In this document: positions 12,381-25,142 of the stretch, piece by piece | How positions within the stretch are numbered: position 1 is the first letter of the stretch | How the letters are laid out: the number at the start of each line of letters is the position of its first letter | Assembly (NCBI GenBank): GCA_951406725.2 | Contig: OX597819.1 | Span: forward strand, 131,688,001 to 131,752,000 | Length of the DNA: 64,000 nucleotides | Origin: Octopus vulgaris | Taxonomy: Eukaryota | Direction: 5' to 3' | Position numbers and translations under genes: made by a program | The notes under the pieces: generated by a model | Seen by the model: the letters and a program-made list of their open reading frames with translations, nothing else | Databases searched by the model: none | Told to the model about the DNA's origin: nothing

Positions 12381-13179
12381 CATTAGTATGTTTATTAAGG
12401 ATACTTTCTTGATAACAGAAATGGTTCACTTTTTCAACTGGTTGGTCGTGAATTGGAAACTGAAGGTGGAGGTTGCATCAAGACCTTCATTTTTAAATAT
12501 TAATTTCTCAACAAAAACAGTCATAAGTATTCACAAATGTGTCTGGAGTGGCCTGAAGATCTTCCAAATAGTTCTGTCTGATGGTGAAGAGAGAAGTACG
12601 GCTTTTGATCCTTCCAGCTGCTTTGAGTGTAAAAGGGTTGAAAGTACCACCATCCAGATGGTGAGATTTGTAATATTTATTACAAAAGAGAAAGTAGGAA
12701 CAAGAACATCACAAGGGGTTAGGGTGTAAGCGTACACATAACACATGCACATACATATACACGTGTACTCGCTATAACGACGACAACATTATTATAACAA
12801 CACTAATGTAAAAACGACCAAACTATCACAATACTCACCATATGTTGCTCTACATACTCAGTAACACCAAAATTCAAACATTTCTCTCATATCTTATGTG
12901 AGAGTGACAGTATTATCTCCCCTGTTTGGCAGCTTCTCTAGAAAGAAGTGCAGTATATGCATCTGCACTCAAGTGCCATCTAGGACATGGTGTTTTTTAA
13001 GAGTGGAGTACATAGGAACTTGATACTAAGTAATCAGTGTAAACAGTGGGTACCCTACAAGTACAGAGAGTGATTTTTGGCAGACTGACAAGAATTCAGG
13101 TCTTGAGAATTGTTACCAATATGAGCATCCATAAATGATGCCCATGAACTGCTCAGACAACTTACATTCTGTTATCACT

Positions 13180-14420
13180 GATATCTTATCACAGATGGAA
13201 CTGGTTGTGATAAGATAATATTACATAATACGAGAAAGGGGTTGGAGGACTGTCAATTCTCATAGAGAACAGAAAGTCAGGGGTTGTCATACAAAACCTA
13301 GATATCTCTTTTTTTTTTGTTTTTGTTTTGAACATCTCAAATAAGGTGAAAAGCTGCTTAGTATAAGGGTCCATGAAGAAGAGAAAATTAACAAAATGAA
13401 AGGAATGAATTTACTTTAGACTTGAAGAAGTTCAGGTCATAAGAAGTGGGGAGAAAACAATGAGATAAAAGAAAGTCCCAAAGTCTAGCAGTTCAAAGTA
13501 AAAAGCTTCAAGTGTTGAAAGAGTTCTTTATTCATGGAAGCACAACAGCATTTGGATGAAGATGGTGTGAGTTTTGATGCAGGTGAGATGGCAGAAAGTG
13601 ATCTGGAACTAAGAGAGAAAGTTCATTATAACACTTCCTGTGATAGTAACAATAGAAAAAAACCAAGGCTGGTGAGATCACGTCAATGTGACAAGGGTTG
13701 CAGAGTTGAAGCAAGAGAGGGACCAATCAAATTAGAGACTCGTTACTGAACTTGTTTGACGAGATCCAAATGACAAGATGGTGCGCCTGCCCAAATATGA
13801 CATCATTCCATACAAGAATGGATTGTGGACTTGTAAAAATACAAAATAGCTTTGGATTTTAGGTTGACCTTTGTTTGACCAAATAGTGACCCAACAATAT
13901 GGGAAGCAGACCTACCAGTTGATTGTATGTAGGCTCCTCAAGAAACCTCAGAAGAGAAATTAAGAGCAAGCAGTTTCAAAGGAGACTTTTCCTCAAGTGG
14001 TTTCACTGTTTTACATGTGATGCCTTGGATCTATAACTTCTGAAGATGGGAGGAGGAAGATAGGGATCCTGCTTCCTGAAGACAGGAGTTTGCTGTTGCC
14101 AAGGGTTGAAAGTTACTAGCCACTTCTTTCCCCATTTCTTAACAGGCTGCAGCTGCATCTCAAGATTAACTGCAAATCCCAACCATTTTAAAGGGAGAAG
14201 GATTACCAGGGAAATTAGAATAAAGAATATCGTTGCCGTAGCAGAGAAACGGATTATCTCATGGATTAATGAGGAGTATGATACAGCATCGTTGTGAGTG
14301 GTTGACTTTGAATGAAGACCTGCAGCCATGCAAAGATGTGATCTGTTGGACATCTAAATTGCTAGATCAGCAACAAGTTGGTTAGATGTCTGAGATATTC
14401 TTTCTCAGCCTCAGACCTCC
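13180..14420 (-). mobile_element. Highly degraded LINE RT remnant
   Basis: LQPVKKWGKKWLVTFNP resembles the 'W...W...FN' RT segment of CR1/Jockey-group LINEs. The rest is disrupted. Confidence 0.4.
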
Positions 14421-15463
14421 ATCCTTTTTTTTTTTTTTTGTCTGAAATTTCTTCAAATTTAATGTATTTGTGGACCATTGATCAGTCGATAACTTTTAGA
14501 TCATCTTTTCTGGCATGATTTGTTAGAGTTTTGCATATATATACATTGCCAGTGGATGGAAATGGGAGTGGAGATAAGTAGGTATATTTTCATCTGCAAG
14601 ATATAATATAATAGACTTGGTGGTGGTGGTGGTGAGCAACTCTAAAAAGAAAAGGAAGAGGGGATTATTACAAAAACTATTTCTGATCTCTGGTTTAAGT
14701 TAAGTTGCTTATTTGTTTTTGAACTTTAACCCTTTTTATATTAGCTTGTCTGAGACCACCCTTGCTCTTTAAAATCTTTCATCTAAATTCCATGTTAATT
14801 TGTTCCAAACACCAGTTTGCTAATGGCACTGTTAATTCTTTTCAAAATGTATGGAAATTAACGCAGTATATTTCAACACAAATATGGCAGTGGAAAGTTG
14901 AACACAATACAGGGTATTTTTGTCTACTAATTGCTGGGATAATGTCAGTTAATGAAAGTTTTTTTTTTTTTAACTCACTGTGTTCCATGTAAGAAACACC
15001 ATGGTGTTTCTGTTCTGCAACTAGAAATGCTACTCCAAAGTGTTTTCCTTCAGTCGTATCACAACAATCAATGATGATGATAACGATCTACAAATTTGTA
15101 TTGCTATCATCATTTAACGTCTGCTTTCAAGGCTGGTATGGGTCAGACAGTTTGACAGAAGCTGGCAAGCCAGAGAGTTGCACCAGGCTCAGGTTGTCTG
15201 TTTAGGCATGGTTTCTATGACTGGATGCCCTTTCTAATGCCAGCTGCTTTACAGAGTATATTGGATGTTTTCTATGTACAACCAGCACCAGTGCTTTTTA
15301 TGTGGCATCAGCACCGACAGGGTCACCAGGCAGCTTGCAAGACAAAAACGCTTTGACTGAGAGTAGGGAGGGGGGAGTAGTATTGAGGTGGGGGGGAGAC
15401 TTTGTGCCAGTTAAGAGATTAAAGGTAAAGAGGGACAAGGATAGGTATATATATATATATATA

Positions 15464-15757
15464 TCATCATTCTTTAACGTCCGCTTTCCATGGGTTGGAC
15501 AATTTGACTGAGGACTGGCGAACCAGATGGCTGCACCAGAATCCAATCTGATCTGGCAGAGTTTCTACAGCTGGATGCCCATCTTAATGCCAACCACTCT
15601 GAGAGTGTAGTGAGTACTTTTACGTGCCACTGGCACGAGGGCCAGTCAGGCAGTACTGGCAACGGCCATGCTCAAATGGTGCTTTTTATGTGCCACCTGC
15701 ACAGGAGCCAGTCCAGCGGCACTGGCAATGACCTCACTCAAATGTTTTTTCATGTGC
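15464..15757 (-). mobile_element. 5'-truncated RTE 3'-tail copy (a second, older copy lies at ~15105-15340)
   Basis: (ATC)n...CTGGATGCCC...GTGCTTTTTATGTGCCAC units, the reverse complement of the 3' UTR at 1158-1543. Confidence 0.85.
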
Positions 15758-15901
15758 TATTGATTAGAGAGCAAACATCAAATTTGAGTCAACAACTTTA
15801 TATAACACCATGCTTCCATACATTTGATCATATATAAATATTACCATAGCCTTCAACATATTAAAGGAATACATATAAAAAGACAGAGGGTAAAAGATAT
15901 A

Positions 15902-16111
15902 TACTCTTTACTCTTTTACTTGTTTCAGTCATTTGACTGCGGCCATGCTGAAGCACCGCCTTTAGTCGAGCAAATCGACCCCGGGACTTATTCTTTGTAA
16001 GCCCAGTACTTATTCTATCGGTCTCTTTTGCCGAACCGCTAAGTGATGGGGACGTAAGCACACCAGCATCGGTTGTCAAGCAATGCTAGGGGGACAATCA
16101 CAGACACACAA

Positions 16112-16154
<43 letters not shown>

Positions 16155-16318
16155 CGACAGGCTTCTTTCAGTTTCCGTCTACCAAATCCACTCACAAGGC
16201 ATTTGTCAGCCCGGGGCTATAGCAGAAGACACTTGCCCAAGGTGCCACGCAGTGGGACTGAACCCAGAACCATGTGGTTGGTTAGCAAGCTACTTACTAC
16301 ACAGCCACTCCTTCGCCT
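15902..16318 (-). mobile_element. tRNA-derived SINE family A, full length
   Basis: The minus-strand head has A-box TGGCTGTGTAG and B-box GGTTCAGTCCC, followed by an internal (TA)n/(TG)n tract and a (GTAAAAGA)n tail. It is multi-copy in the window. Confidence 0.92.
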
Positions 16319-16861
16319 ATAGGCACATAAAGATACAAATATATAGAACAGCCTATCAAGAAAAGGTATATTCAATCAACTAAAAATAAGTAATCAGCAT
16401 GAATTACTAAAGTGTGTCAGGTGACTAAAAAATCAACCCAAAAAGTTTTTACTCTTCTCAATTAAAAATATGTCAAAATAGTTCATTTCATAAAAACCAT
16501 GGTAGGCTGAAGTCCAAGGAGCGTAAGAGAATTCCACAAAATCAAGTCAAAACACATCTATGGCCATTTCAGGCCATGGTCCGATTACAAGTTAAAGTGC
16601 ATCTCGGCAATGATGAACAGGAATCTCCACAATTAGTCATTCACAAGAGTTACAAAATGGTTGCAGAACCTAATTTCAAGATAATAACCTATAGCAGGAA
16701 CAGTCCCAACATTTTCTAACACACACATAAGAAAAGAAAAGATTATTCTATTTTATGGTGAAACATGTAGGTGGCTACTAATCATAGGAATTTTTACTAT
16801 CCGGTTTCAAAACCCAGTAAACAAACTAAATATTATTTACCATATCTAGCTTTAATTCTAT

Positions 16862-17335
16862 ATCATCATCATCATCATCGTTTAGCGTCCGCTTTCCATG
16901 CTAGCATGGGTTGGACGGTTCAACTGGGGTCTGGGAAGCCAGAAGGCTGCACCAGGCCCAGTCTGATCTGGCAATGTTTCTACGGCTGGATGCCCTTCCT
17001 AACGCCAACCACTCCATGAGTGTAGTGAGTGCTTTTTACGTGCCAGACGAGTCTGGCAAACGGCCACGATTGGATGGTGTTTTTTATGTGCCACTGGCAC
17101 GGAGGCCAGGCGAGGCTGGCAACGGCCATGAACGGATGGTGCTTTTTACGTGCCACCGGCACGAGGCCAGTCGGGGTCGCGCTGGGGGCGGACACGTTCG
17201 GATGGTTCTCTTATGTGCCACCGGCACTGGTATCTCAGCTGCAATTTCCATTGATCGATTTCGATTCTGATTCTCACTTGCCTCAACAGGTCTTCACAAG
17301 TAGAGTTTTGTGTCCCAAGAAGGGAAGGTATGCAT
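16862..17335 (-). mobile_element. 5'-truncated RTE 3'-tail copy with repeat units
   Basis: Reverse complement of the RTE 3' UTR, with four GTG(C)TTTTTA(C/T)GTGCC-type units. Confidence 0.88.
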
Positions 17336-17574
17336 AGAAGGGCAGAAAAGTAGAAGAAAACTTATGGTTGCAGAAAGGGGTCACCTCTGTAAATTTATTT
17401 AATGTTTTAGGCCCAAAGGACCTAAGGATGGCAAGAGATACCTTTATGCACTTGTTGATATTAATCTTTTTGTCCCTATAAAAAGAAGCAAAAATTATTT
17501 CTTGTCACACACACACACACATATCATTTGGTAGACATAGATATTTAAATAGGTAGATATAAGTATTTCTTCTT

Positions 17575-17858
17575 AGGCATAGGCACAGCTGTATGGTAAG
17601 AAGCTTGCTTCCCAATCACATGGTTCTGGTTTCAGTCTTAATGCATGGCACCTTGGGTAAGTGTCATCTACTATAGCCCCAAGCCAACCAAAGCCTTGTG
17701 AGTGGATTTGATAGATGGAAACTGAAAGAAGCCTATTATGTGTGTATTTATTCCCACCACTATCACCACCACCACCACCTCTTGTCAACTGGTGTTGGTG
17801 TGCTTACATCTCTGTAACTTAGCAGCTTGGCAAAAAAGACTGATAGAATAAGTGCTGG

Positions 17859-17860
<2 letters not shown>
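17575..17860 (+). mobile_element. Older SINE family A copy
   Basis: GGTAAGAAGCTTGCTTCCCAATCACATGGTTC...GGAAACTGAAAGAAGCC...GATAGAATAAGT. Confidence 0.75.
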
Positions 17861-17905
<45 letters not shown>

Positions 17906-18263
17906 TTCAACTACTACCGTAGTTGAATAATATTCTTAAGGCTGGAATTTACTCACATGCACGATCTTTCAGAGCTTCTTGCTGACTCAGTTCTTAACTA
18001 AATTGAAAACTCTTAACATTTTTGAAGAGGGCTGGTCCCTTACTAGATTTTGGCATAAAAAAATTGAGATTTGATCCAGTAGAAAAAAGTTTACAGTAAA
18101 ATTTGTAGCAACATTATAGGACACTAAGTACCACCACCAATCAAGTTTAGATCTAAATAACTTTATTTTAAAAGCAAAATATATTTATCTTAGCTTCAAT
18201 GATAGAAGAAAGCATGAAGAATTTCATAGTTTTGGTCCCATGTAACAAAAGTTTTTGTATTGC

Positions 18264-18633
18264 TACTTCTGCCTTAGTGAAGGCAGAGATATTGTTTTCA
18301 GTCATGTTAGTTAGTTTGTTTGTCTGTGGACAAGATATCTCAAGAACCACTGGATGGATTTGGTTGAAACTTTCAGGGATGTTTGGCCTCATGACTTGCA
18401 CTATCTGAATAGATTTTGGGACCAATCTGGTACTGGACAAGGATTCTGGATTATTTTTCCTGTTCTTTTACTTAATTTTTGAGAGTGGTTCAGGTTCATC
18501 TTTAGTATTCTCATTTGTGAGAGCAGTAGAGTTTATTTCAGATATTCTCGTTTTAAAAATCATCTCTGGCTAATCGTTGAGAGGGAGTTGGCGTTGCCTT
18601 GGCAGAGGTTTGTGCTCTCTGAGTGCTCTTGTT
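18264..18633 (+). mobile_element. Non-autonomous Helentron/DINE-like element
   Basis: Subterminal inverted repeat TACTTCTGCC / GGCAGAGGTT, a GTTT/GTCT microsatellite, a TGGATGGATTTGGTTGAAACTT core and a 3' hairpin GTGCTCTCTGAGTGC, matching the recalled architecture of such elements. Confidence 0.6.
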
Positions 18634-19099
18634 CTATTTATTGTACTAACTAATTATGTACTACTATTATTTTTTATAACCTATTTTCAAATTTCTATTT
18701 ATCAATGAATTATTAAAAAAAATATTTTTTGCTCTTCAAAAAAATTTAGAGTTATTTTTAATAGAAGTAACAAGTAATAACAAATAGAAGTAATAACTTG
18801 TAATAAAATGTTTAGTCTTAATAAAATCTAATATTTTCTAAATCTAAATATTTTATTTGAAATTTTATCCTCAGCTGCAATATTTTAAGTAAAAAATTTC
18901 TCGTTCTGTACTTTACCAGACGTAATAAGTTGTCCTCAACTTTTCCAGGTTTATAATCGTAACAATATTCTTTCTCTTGCTCACATTTTCCCATGTAACA
19001 CTCACACACATTTATATGAATATGTGTGTGTGTGCGTGTGTATGCATATATGTGTGTCTGTGAGTTTGGTGATGCAAACAGAAAAACCCAAACTCAAAA

Positions 19100-19477
19100 C
19101 AAGTAGCTTGCTAACCAACCACATGGTCCTGGGTTCAGTCCCACTGCGTGGCATCTTGGGCAAGTGTTTTCTGCTATAGCCCCGGGCCGACCAAAGTCTT
19201 GTGAGTGGATTTGGTAGACGGAAACTGAAAGAAGCCTGTCGTATATGTGTATATATATGTATGTGTGTGTATGTGTTTGTGTTTGTCTCCCTAGCATTGC
19301 TTGACAACCGATGCTGGTGTGTTTACGTCCCCGTCACTTAGCGGTTCGGCAAAAGAGACCGATAGAATAAGTACTGGGCTTACAAAGAATAAGTCTCGGG
19401 GTCGATTTGCTCGACTAAAGGCGGTGCTCCAGCATGGCCGCAGTCAAATGACTGAAACAAGTAAAAGAGTAAAGAGT

Positions 19478-19478
<1 letters not shown>
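19100..19478 (+). mobile_element. SINE family A, slightly 5'-truncated
   Basis: Near-identical to the reverse complement of 15902-16318. Confidence 0.92.
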
Positions 19479-19516
<38 letters not shown>

Positions 19517-19687
19517 CATATACACACATACATATATATATATTAATATTTAGCAGAAGAAATAGTGACCGAAGGGCTAAGAGTTTCGTGCATTTGCACT
19601 TCTGTACATCTTTTATGTCACAGTGACTAGCAACACAGTGTTCAATACAAGGAGTGGGGGTTTATTATCATGTAATCCTATATATAA

Positions 19688-19727
<40 letters not shown>

Positions 19728-19974
19728 TCACACACATGCATTCACACACAAAAAAAACACAAAAAACAAATAGCTGAGGCAATATATTAACATGAAATTG
19801 TATATCTGCAGACACACATGTGTTTTTGAGATCTCTTGACATCATCGTCTGCAAAATGAATAAAAAGAAAAAAAAGGAAATTCTGCTATTTGTGTTTATT
19901 TATTCTATTTATATGTAGCTTGGCTTCTAATATGCTGTTGTTCGGGCAAGGGTGAAGTTGTAGTTTTATATATA

Positions 19975-20295
19975 TCATCATCATCATCATCGTTTAACGT
20001 CCATTTTCCGTGCTAGCATGGGTTGGGACGGTTCGACCGGGGTCTGGGAAGCCAGGGGCTGCACCAGGCTCCAGTCTGATCTGGCAGAGTTTCTACAGCT
20101 GGATGCCCTTCCTAACGCCAACCACTCCGTGAGTGTAGTGGATGCTTTTTATGTGCCACCTGCACAGGTGCTAGGGGGGTCCGGCATCGGCCACGATCGG
20201 TTGGAGCTTTTAACGTGCCATCGGCACGGAAGCCAGCCAAGGCGGCGCTGGCAACGGCCACGTTCGGATGGTGCTTTTTATGTGCCACCGGCACA
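19975..20295 (-). mobile_element. 5'-truncated RTE 3'-tail copy
   Basis: (ATC)n tail and three repeat units, close to the reverse complement of 1225-1543. Confidence 0.9.
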
Positions 20296-20518
20296 GTATT
20301 TATGTGTGCATGTTTGTATACATATATATATATATACATGCAAATATATGCATGTGTAGGTGTGGTTGTGTAGTTGTTGAGTTGTTCATTTCCCAATCAC
20401 ATAGTTTCAGGTTCAGTCCCACTGCAATGCCCCTTCTGCGTGCATATTCTACTATAGCCTCTGGCTCACAAAAGACCTTCTGACTGGATTTTGGGGATGG
20501 CAGCTAAAAGAAGCTCAT

Positions 20519-20688
20519 TGTGTGTGTGTGTATGCGTGCGCATGCGTATGTGTGTGTATGTGCATGTGTATGTTTGTGTGTGTGTGTATATATATATATA
20601 GACACATATATATACATACATACACACACACATATATACATACATATATATACACATATATATACATACACATACACAGATATATGTA

Positions 20689-20731
<43 letters not shown>

Positions 20732-20800
20732 TTTATGTATGCATGTATGTATGAATATATAGATATGTGTGCATTTATATATATATATATATATATATAT
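20519..20800. repeat. Compound (TG)/(TA)/(CA) microsatellite block
   Basis: Directly visible dinucleotide runs. Confidence 0.95.
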
Positions 20801-20805
20801 AATAA

Positions 20806-21351
20806 GAATGTTTTGCGTAATGAGATAAAAAAAACCAAGGCTGTATAGATATTAGAGCATTTATAGATAGAAGGTCTTACACCTGTTTCTAGGATATTAA
20901 TTAATAATATCCCTTCATTGGAGACGGTGTGAGAGGAAAAATTAAGTCATAGTTTCGATGTGATGCAAATAGAGAGTGAGGTGGAGGAAAGAAAATAGAT
21001 GTAAGGTATGTATGGTTATTGAGTTCATAAATCCGTTTTATAGGCATAATGGAATATATGTGTAATATTCCAATATCCTTTGATTGGAATAATACACATA
21101 TATACCATTATGCCTATAAAACGGACTTACGAATTCATTAACCATACAGATCTTACATCTGTTTTCTTTCCTCCACCTCACTCTCTATTTGTATCACATC
21201 GAAACTATGACTTAATTTTTCTTCTCACACCGTCTCCAATGAAGGGATATTATAAATTAATATCCTAGAAACAGGTGTAAGACCTTCTATCTATAAAGGC
21301 TCTAATATCTATACAGCCTTGGTTTTTTTTATCTTATTATGCAAAACATTC
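20806..21351. repeat. 546-bp palindrome (269-bp arms, 8-nt loop), Penelope-like inverted repeat
   Basis: Arms 20806-21074 and 21083-21351 align without gaps, with about 15 mismatches counted by eye. Confidence 0.95.
21232..21283 (+). ncRNA. Minimal type-I hammerhead ribozyme-like motif with degenerate core (mirror copy at 20874-20925, minus strand)
   Basis: Stem I GTCT/AGAC, core CCAATGA (cf. CUGAUGA), stem II GGATATTA-TAAAT-TAATATCC, then GAAAC-AGGT-GTA. This is the layout known for Penelope-element hammerheads. Confidence 0.6.
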
Positions 21352-21680
21352 ATATATACACACGCTGACATAGAACCAACGTTGAACCCTTTATTCGCAA
21401 TATTACTGAATCTGGAACTTAACTATTGTCTGTCTATAACACTTATTCAGCATTACCTGAAACCTTTGGGTCTCAATGACACCATTATCTATTATAACTT
21501 CAACTCTCTATATATATATTTTATGTATGCATGCATGTATGAATATATATATATATATGTGTGTGTATTTATATATATATATTTGTATATGTATTTATAT
21601 ATGTGTGTGTGTATATATATATATCATCATCATCATCATCATCGTTTAGAGTCCGTTTTCCATGCTAGCATATATATATA

Positions 21681-21772
21681 TGTACGAACAGCTATGCTAC
21701 ATGGCAGTGAATCATGGGCTGTGCCTGCAGAGGACATACAAAGGCTTGAAAGAAATGAATCTGGAATGCTTT
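21681..21772 (+). mobile_element. Short RTE ORF2 fragment
   Basis: VRTAMLHGSESWAVPAEDIQRLERNESGML, homologous to 618-695. Confidence 0.8.
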
Positions 21773-23776
21773 ACTACATTTGGCACCCTCCTACAGAAAG
21801 TTTGTCTTTTAGGGACAGCAAGGATTATGATAAGGGTTCTAAGCACCTGAAAGACTAATGGAAACTTGTGGATACCTAAGGTTACCGGCAGTAACCTTAA
21901 TATCCACATAAATCCTACCAGGAACAAGACCAAACCTGAGTCAAACCAAAAATAAAAGCAACAACTATAATTATAATAAGTAATATTCTAAACAATTAAC
22001 TATTTTTGTAATACTTTAGCTTAATTAAATTGTTAGTTTCTAATTTATTTCTAAATCATTAACAAGTCATTCCTTTTATGACATACTAACCTTAAATATA
22101 TATTTAGTAAATAACACGGCTGTGTATTTGCAGGGTGATTAAATCTATTGAAAGCAGAAATGGAAAATAATAAATCAAATGGAATCAATGAGAGTTATTT
22201 GACAATTAAAAAAGAAAGAAAGAAATTAACTGGTGTAGTAATAATAGATCTAATTGCTTTTCTTTGACCATCATCATCCTCATCATTATTTAACATCTTC
22301 CTTCCCTGCTGGCATGAGTTGGATGGTTTGAGAGGAGCTGGCAAAGTCAGAAGACTGCAATGAGCTCTGCTGTCTGCTTTGGTATGGTTTCTACGGTTGG
22401 ATGCCCATCCTTCCATGCCAACCACTTTACCAAGTGTACTGAGTGCTTAATTATGAGGGCACCAGCACCAGGGAGGAGGTCAGCAATTAACTTGCAAGAC
22501 AAGATTCCTAAACTGGGAGAAGGAGGAGTGATAATATTGAGGGAGGTCACTCTGTGTCAAGTGGTGAGGGGGGAGAAGTATGAATAGAGGGAAAGAAACT
22601 GGTGTCTTGCTATAGGAGAGATACCCCAGAGAGAGAGAGAAGTTGGTGAAGAAAAATGGGGGCACACTTCAGTTACAAAATAAGTGATGTGGAAGCAAAG
22701 ATTGAATAGGGTGAGTGGGTGTGTAACTTTCTGAGACTAATTGAACATGCAAACACAGACATACATTTATATAACGAATGTGCAAACACACACATACTCA
22801 CAGACACATACACACACATATACAAAATGTGTAAGTTATGGTGGTGGTATAAAATGTCCTTTACTATGTCGTACATAATGAACATGCAAACACACACAAT
22901 TGCACTCACAGACACATACATACTCATATACAAAATGTGACATTGTCATCATCATAGTGGTTGTATAAAATGTCCTTTACTATAGTTGACTCCAGAAAGA
23001 TTATTTTAGATACAATGTTATATTGTTTTAATCCAAATGAAAATAAAAATTACGTGTTGACACTCCTGGGGTCTAATACTATTACCTTGTAAAATTTGAT
23101 TTGATTTGGTCAAGTCATTTGGGAATGCATTGGGAACAGACAGACAAAGAATTTTATATGTATAGAGACTAGCAAATAGAGAGGTTGGCAGTTTAAATGA
23201 TTTTAATAGCCCCAGATTATATCTGTAGCTGTGACACTCCTCTTTTCAAATAACTCACTCTGCCAAGTTGTAAACATTTCTGTATTGGAACAATTCACTG
23301 CTGGAAGTAGAAGCAGCAATTTCAGTTTAGTGTGGTTAACAAGTTCCATTCCTTCTGTGGGTTACGGGCTAGGGTTTGGGTAGGGGAAGGCTCTACGGTG
23401 TCAACTCACTCTTAACATATTACATTAAGATGACTTCTCCAACAAAACAGTTTCTACAAACCTTAAGGTTTATGAAACTAGCAAGTTTTGATTGACAACC
23501 ATGTCTACAGCAACAATTTGTTGTGACATCATTATTGAAGGAGGAACCATTTTTCTATATAAAAATGTTTAGGTCCTCTCTTGTCATCTAGATTTTCTAT
23601 CATAAATCATCTGTTTTGACTCGGTTATCAGTATATTAACACCTGAGAAAATGTTGAACTTTCAAAAATCCCATTTATTGTTATTTATGGTTTACATCAT
23701 ATCTTAAGCCTTTTTACTTGATTTCTTTTGGCTTAAAAAACTTTTTTTTTGTTGGCTTCATTTTTCTGCAGCTATA

Positions 23777-24670
23777 TGACGTGGTATCAAAAGGTTCCCA
23801 GACTAGTTATGCTTAATAAAAAATAACTTATTTACTTAAGTTTTAACCTCATCTCCTTCGAAGTAGTCACCTTGCACAGCAATACACCAGTCCCAGTGTT
23901 ACTGCCACTTTTGGAATTCGTCCTGAAAGTTGTTTTCTGTGATTCGAGGATCTCTGCAATTCGCTCTTCATTTCAACAACAGTGTGAAAACAGTGACCTT
24001 TGAGCTGCCGTTTCATCTGGGGGAAGAGATGTAAGTCTCTGCAGGTGCTAAATCTGGCAAATAGAGTGAGTGTAGAAGCAATCCCATGTTGCTTGGCAAC
24101 AAACTCACAAGTGGGGGAGCTCAGTGACAGGGTGAGAAGAGTTTGGTGACAGGGTGCATTGTCATCGTGAAGAATCCAATTCTTCACACATCACAGATCC
24201 AGTGGCTTTCATTGTATGTCCTCCTTCAAATGCTTCAAAATGTTGTTGATTGTCCTCCAACGATTCTCATACACAAGCTGATGAATTTTTGCCACATTTC
24301 CAGGGGGCAACACTCATGGCAGATCTTCCAGATCACTCATTAGCTTCCAGGGACGTTCTTCTTCTTTTGAAGCACCTGTGCCACTCAAAACATTGCACAT
24401 GCCTCGTCACCATAAGCTTACCAAAGCATGCTCAATGTCTCTGTAGAACATTTCCCGTTGGCTCTTTGTTCCAACTTCCTGTCCATGGCAAAAATTGCAG
24501 ACTACAGCATATATATATGACCACAAAGGCACAAATTTCACAACTTGTGAAGTAAGCACAGCAATGTCACTCGGCACACTGCCAATTGAAAGTCACTGCA
24601 CATGCAACCATGTGCTGCCATCTGTTGGCATGCTACAGAACTGGTCTGGGAACTTTTTCCTACCACCTTG
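23777..24670 (-). mobile_element. Degenerate, internally deleted mariner
   Basis: Imperfect TIRs TGACGTGGTATCAAAAGGTTCCCAGACTAGTT / AACTGGTCTGGGAACTTTTTCCTACCACCTTG, with transposase remnants WILHDDNAPCH and DLHLFPQMKRQLKG. Confidence 0.82.
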
Positions 24671-24736
24671 AAAGATTTTAGTCAATTACATCACCTCCAA
24701 AGTTTCAGTTTGGTCACCATTTTATTGGTCTCTATT

Positions 24737-25142
24737 TACTCTTTTTTTTTACTCTTTTAGTTGTTTCGGTCATTTGACTGTGGCCATGCTGGAGCACCAC
24801 CTTTAGTCGAGCAAATCGACCCCAGGACTTATTGTTTGTAAGCCTAGTACTTATTCTATTGGTGTCTTTTGCCGAACCGCTAAGTTACAGGGATGTAAAC
24901 ACACCAGCATCGATTGTCAAGCAATGTTGGGGGTACAAACACAGGCACACAAACACACACACACATATATATATATATATGACAAGCTTCTTTCAGTTTC
25001 CGTCTACCAAATCCACTCACAAGGCTTTGGTTGGCCCGAGACTATAGTAGAAGACACTTGCCCAAGGTGCCACATAGTGGGACTGAACCCGGAATCATGT
25101 GGTTGGTAAGCACGCTACTTACCACACAGCCACTCCTGCGCC
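24737..25142 (-). mobile_element. SINE family A, full length
   Basis: Homologous to 15902-16318. Confidence 0.9.

Noticed and set aside
15861-16322. Recurring short ORFs (MTTDAGV..., ...RGYSRRHLPK...) suggesting a gene family
   Set aside because: They are translations of SINE family A copies.
20466-20848. ORFs rich in Y/I/C/V/H/T
   Set aside because: They are translations of dinucleotide microsatellites.
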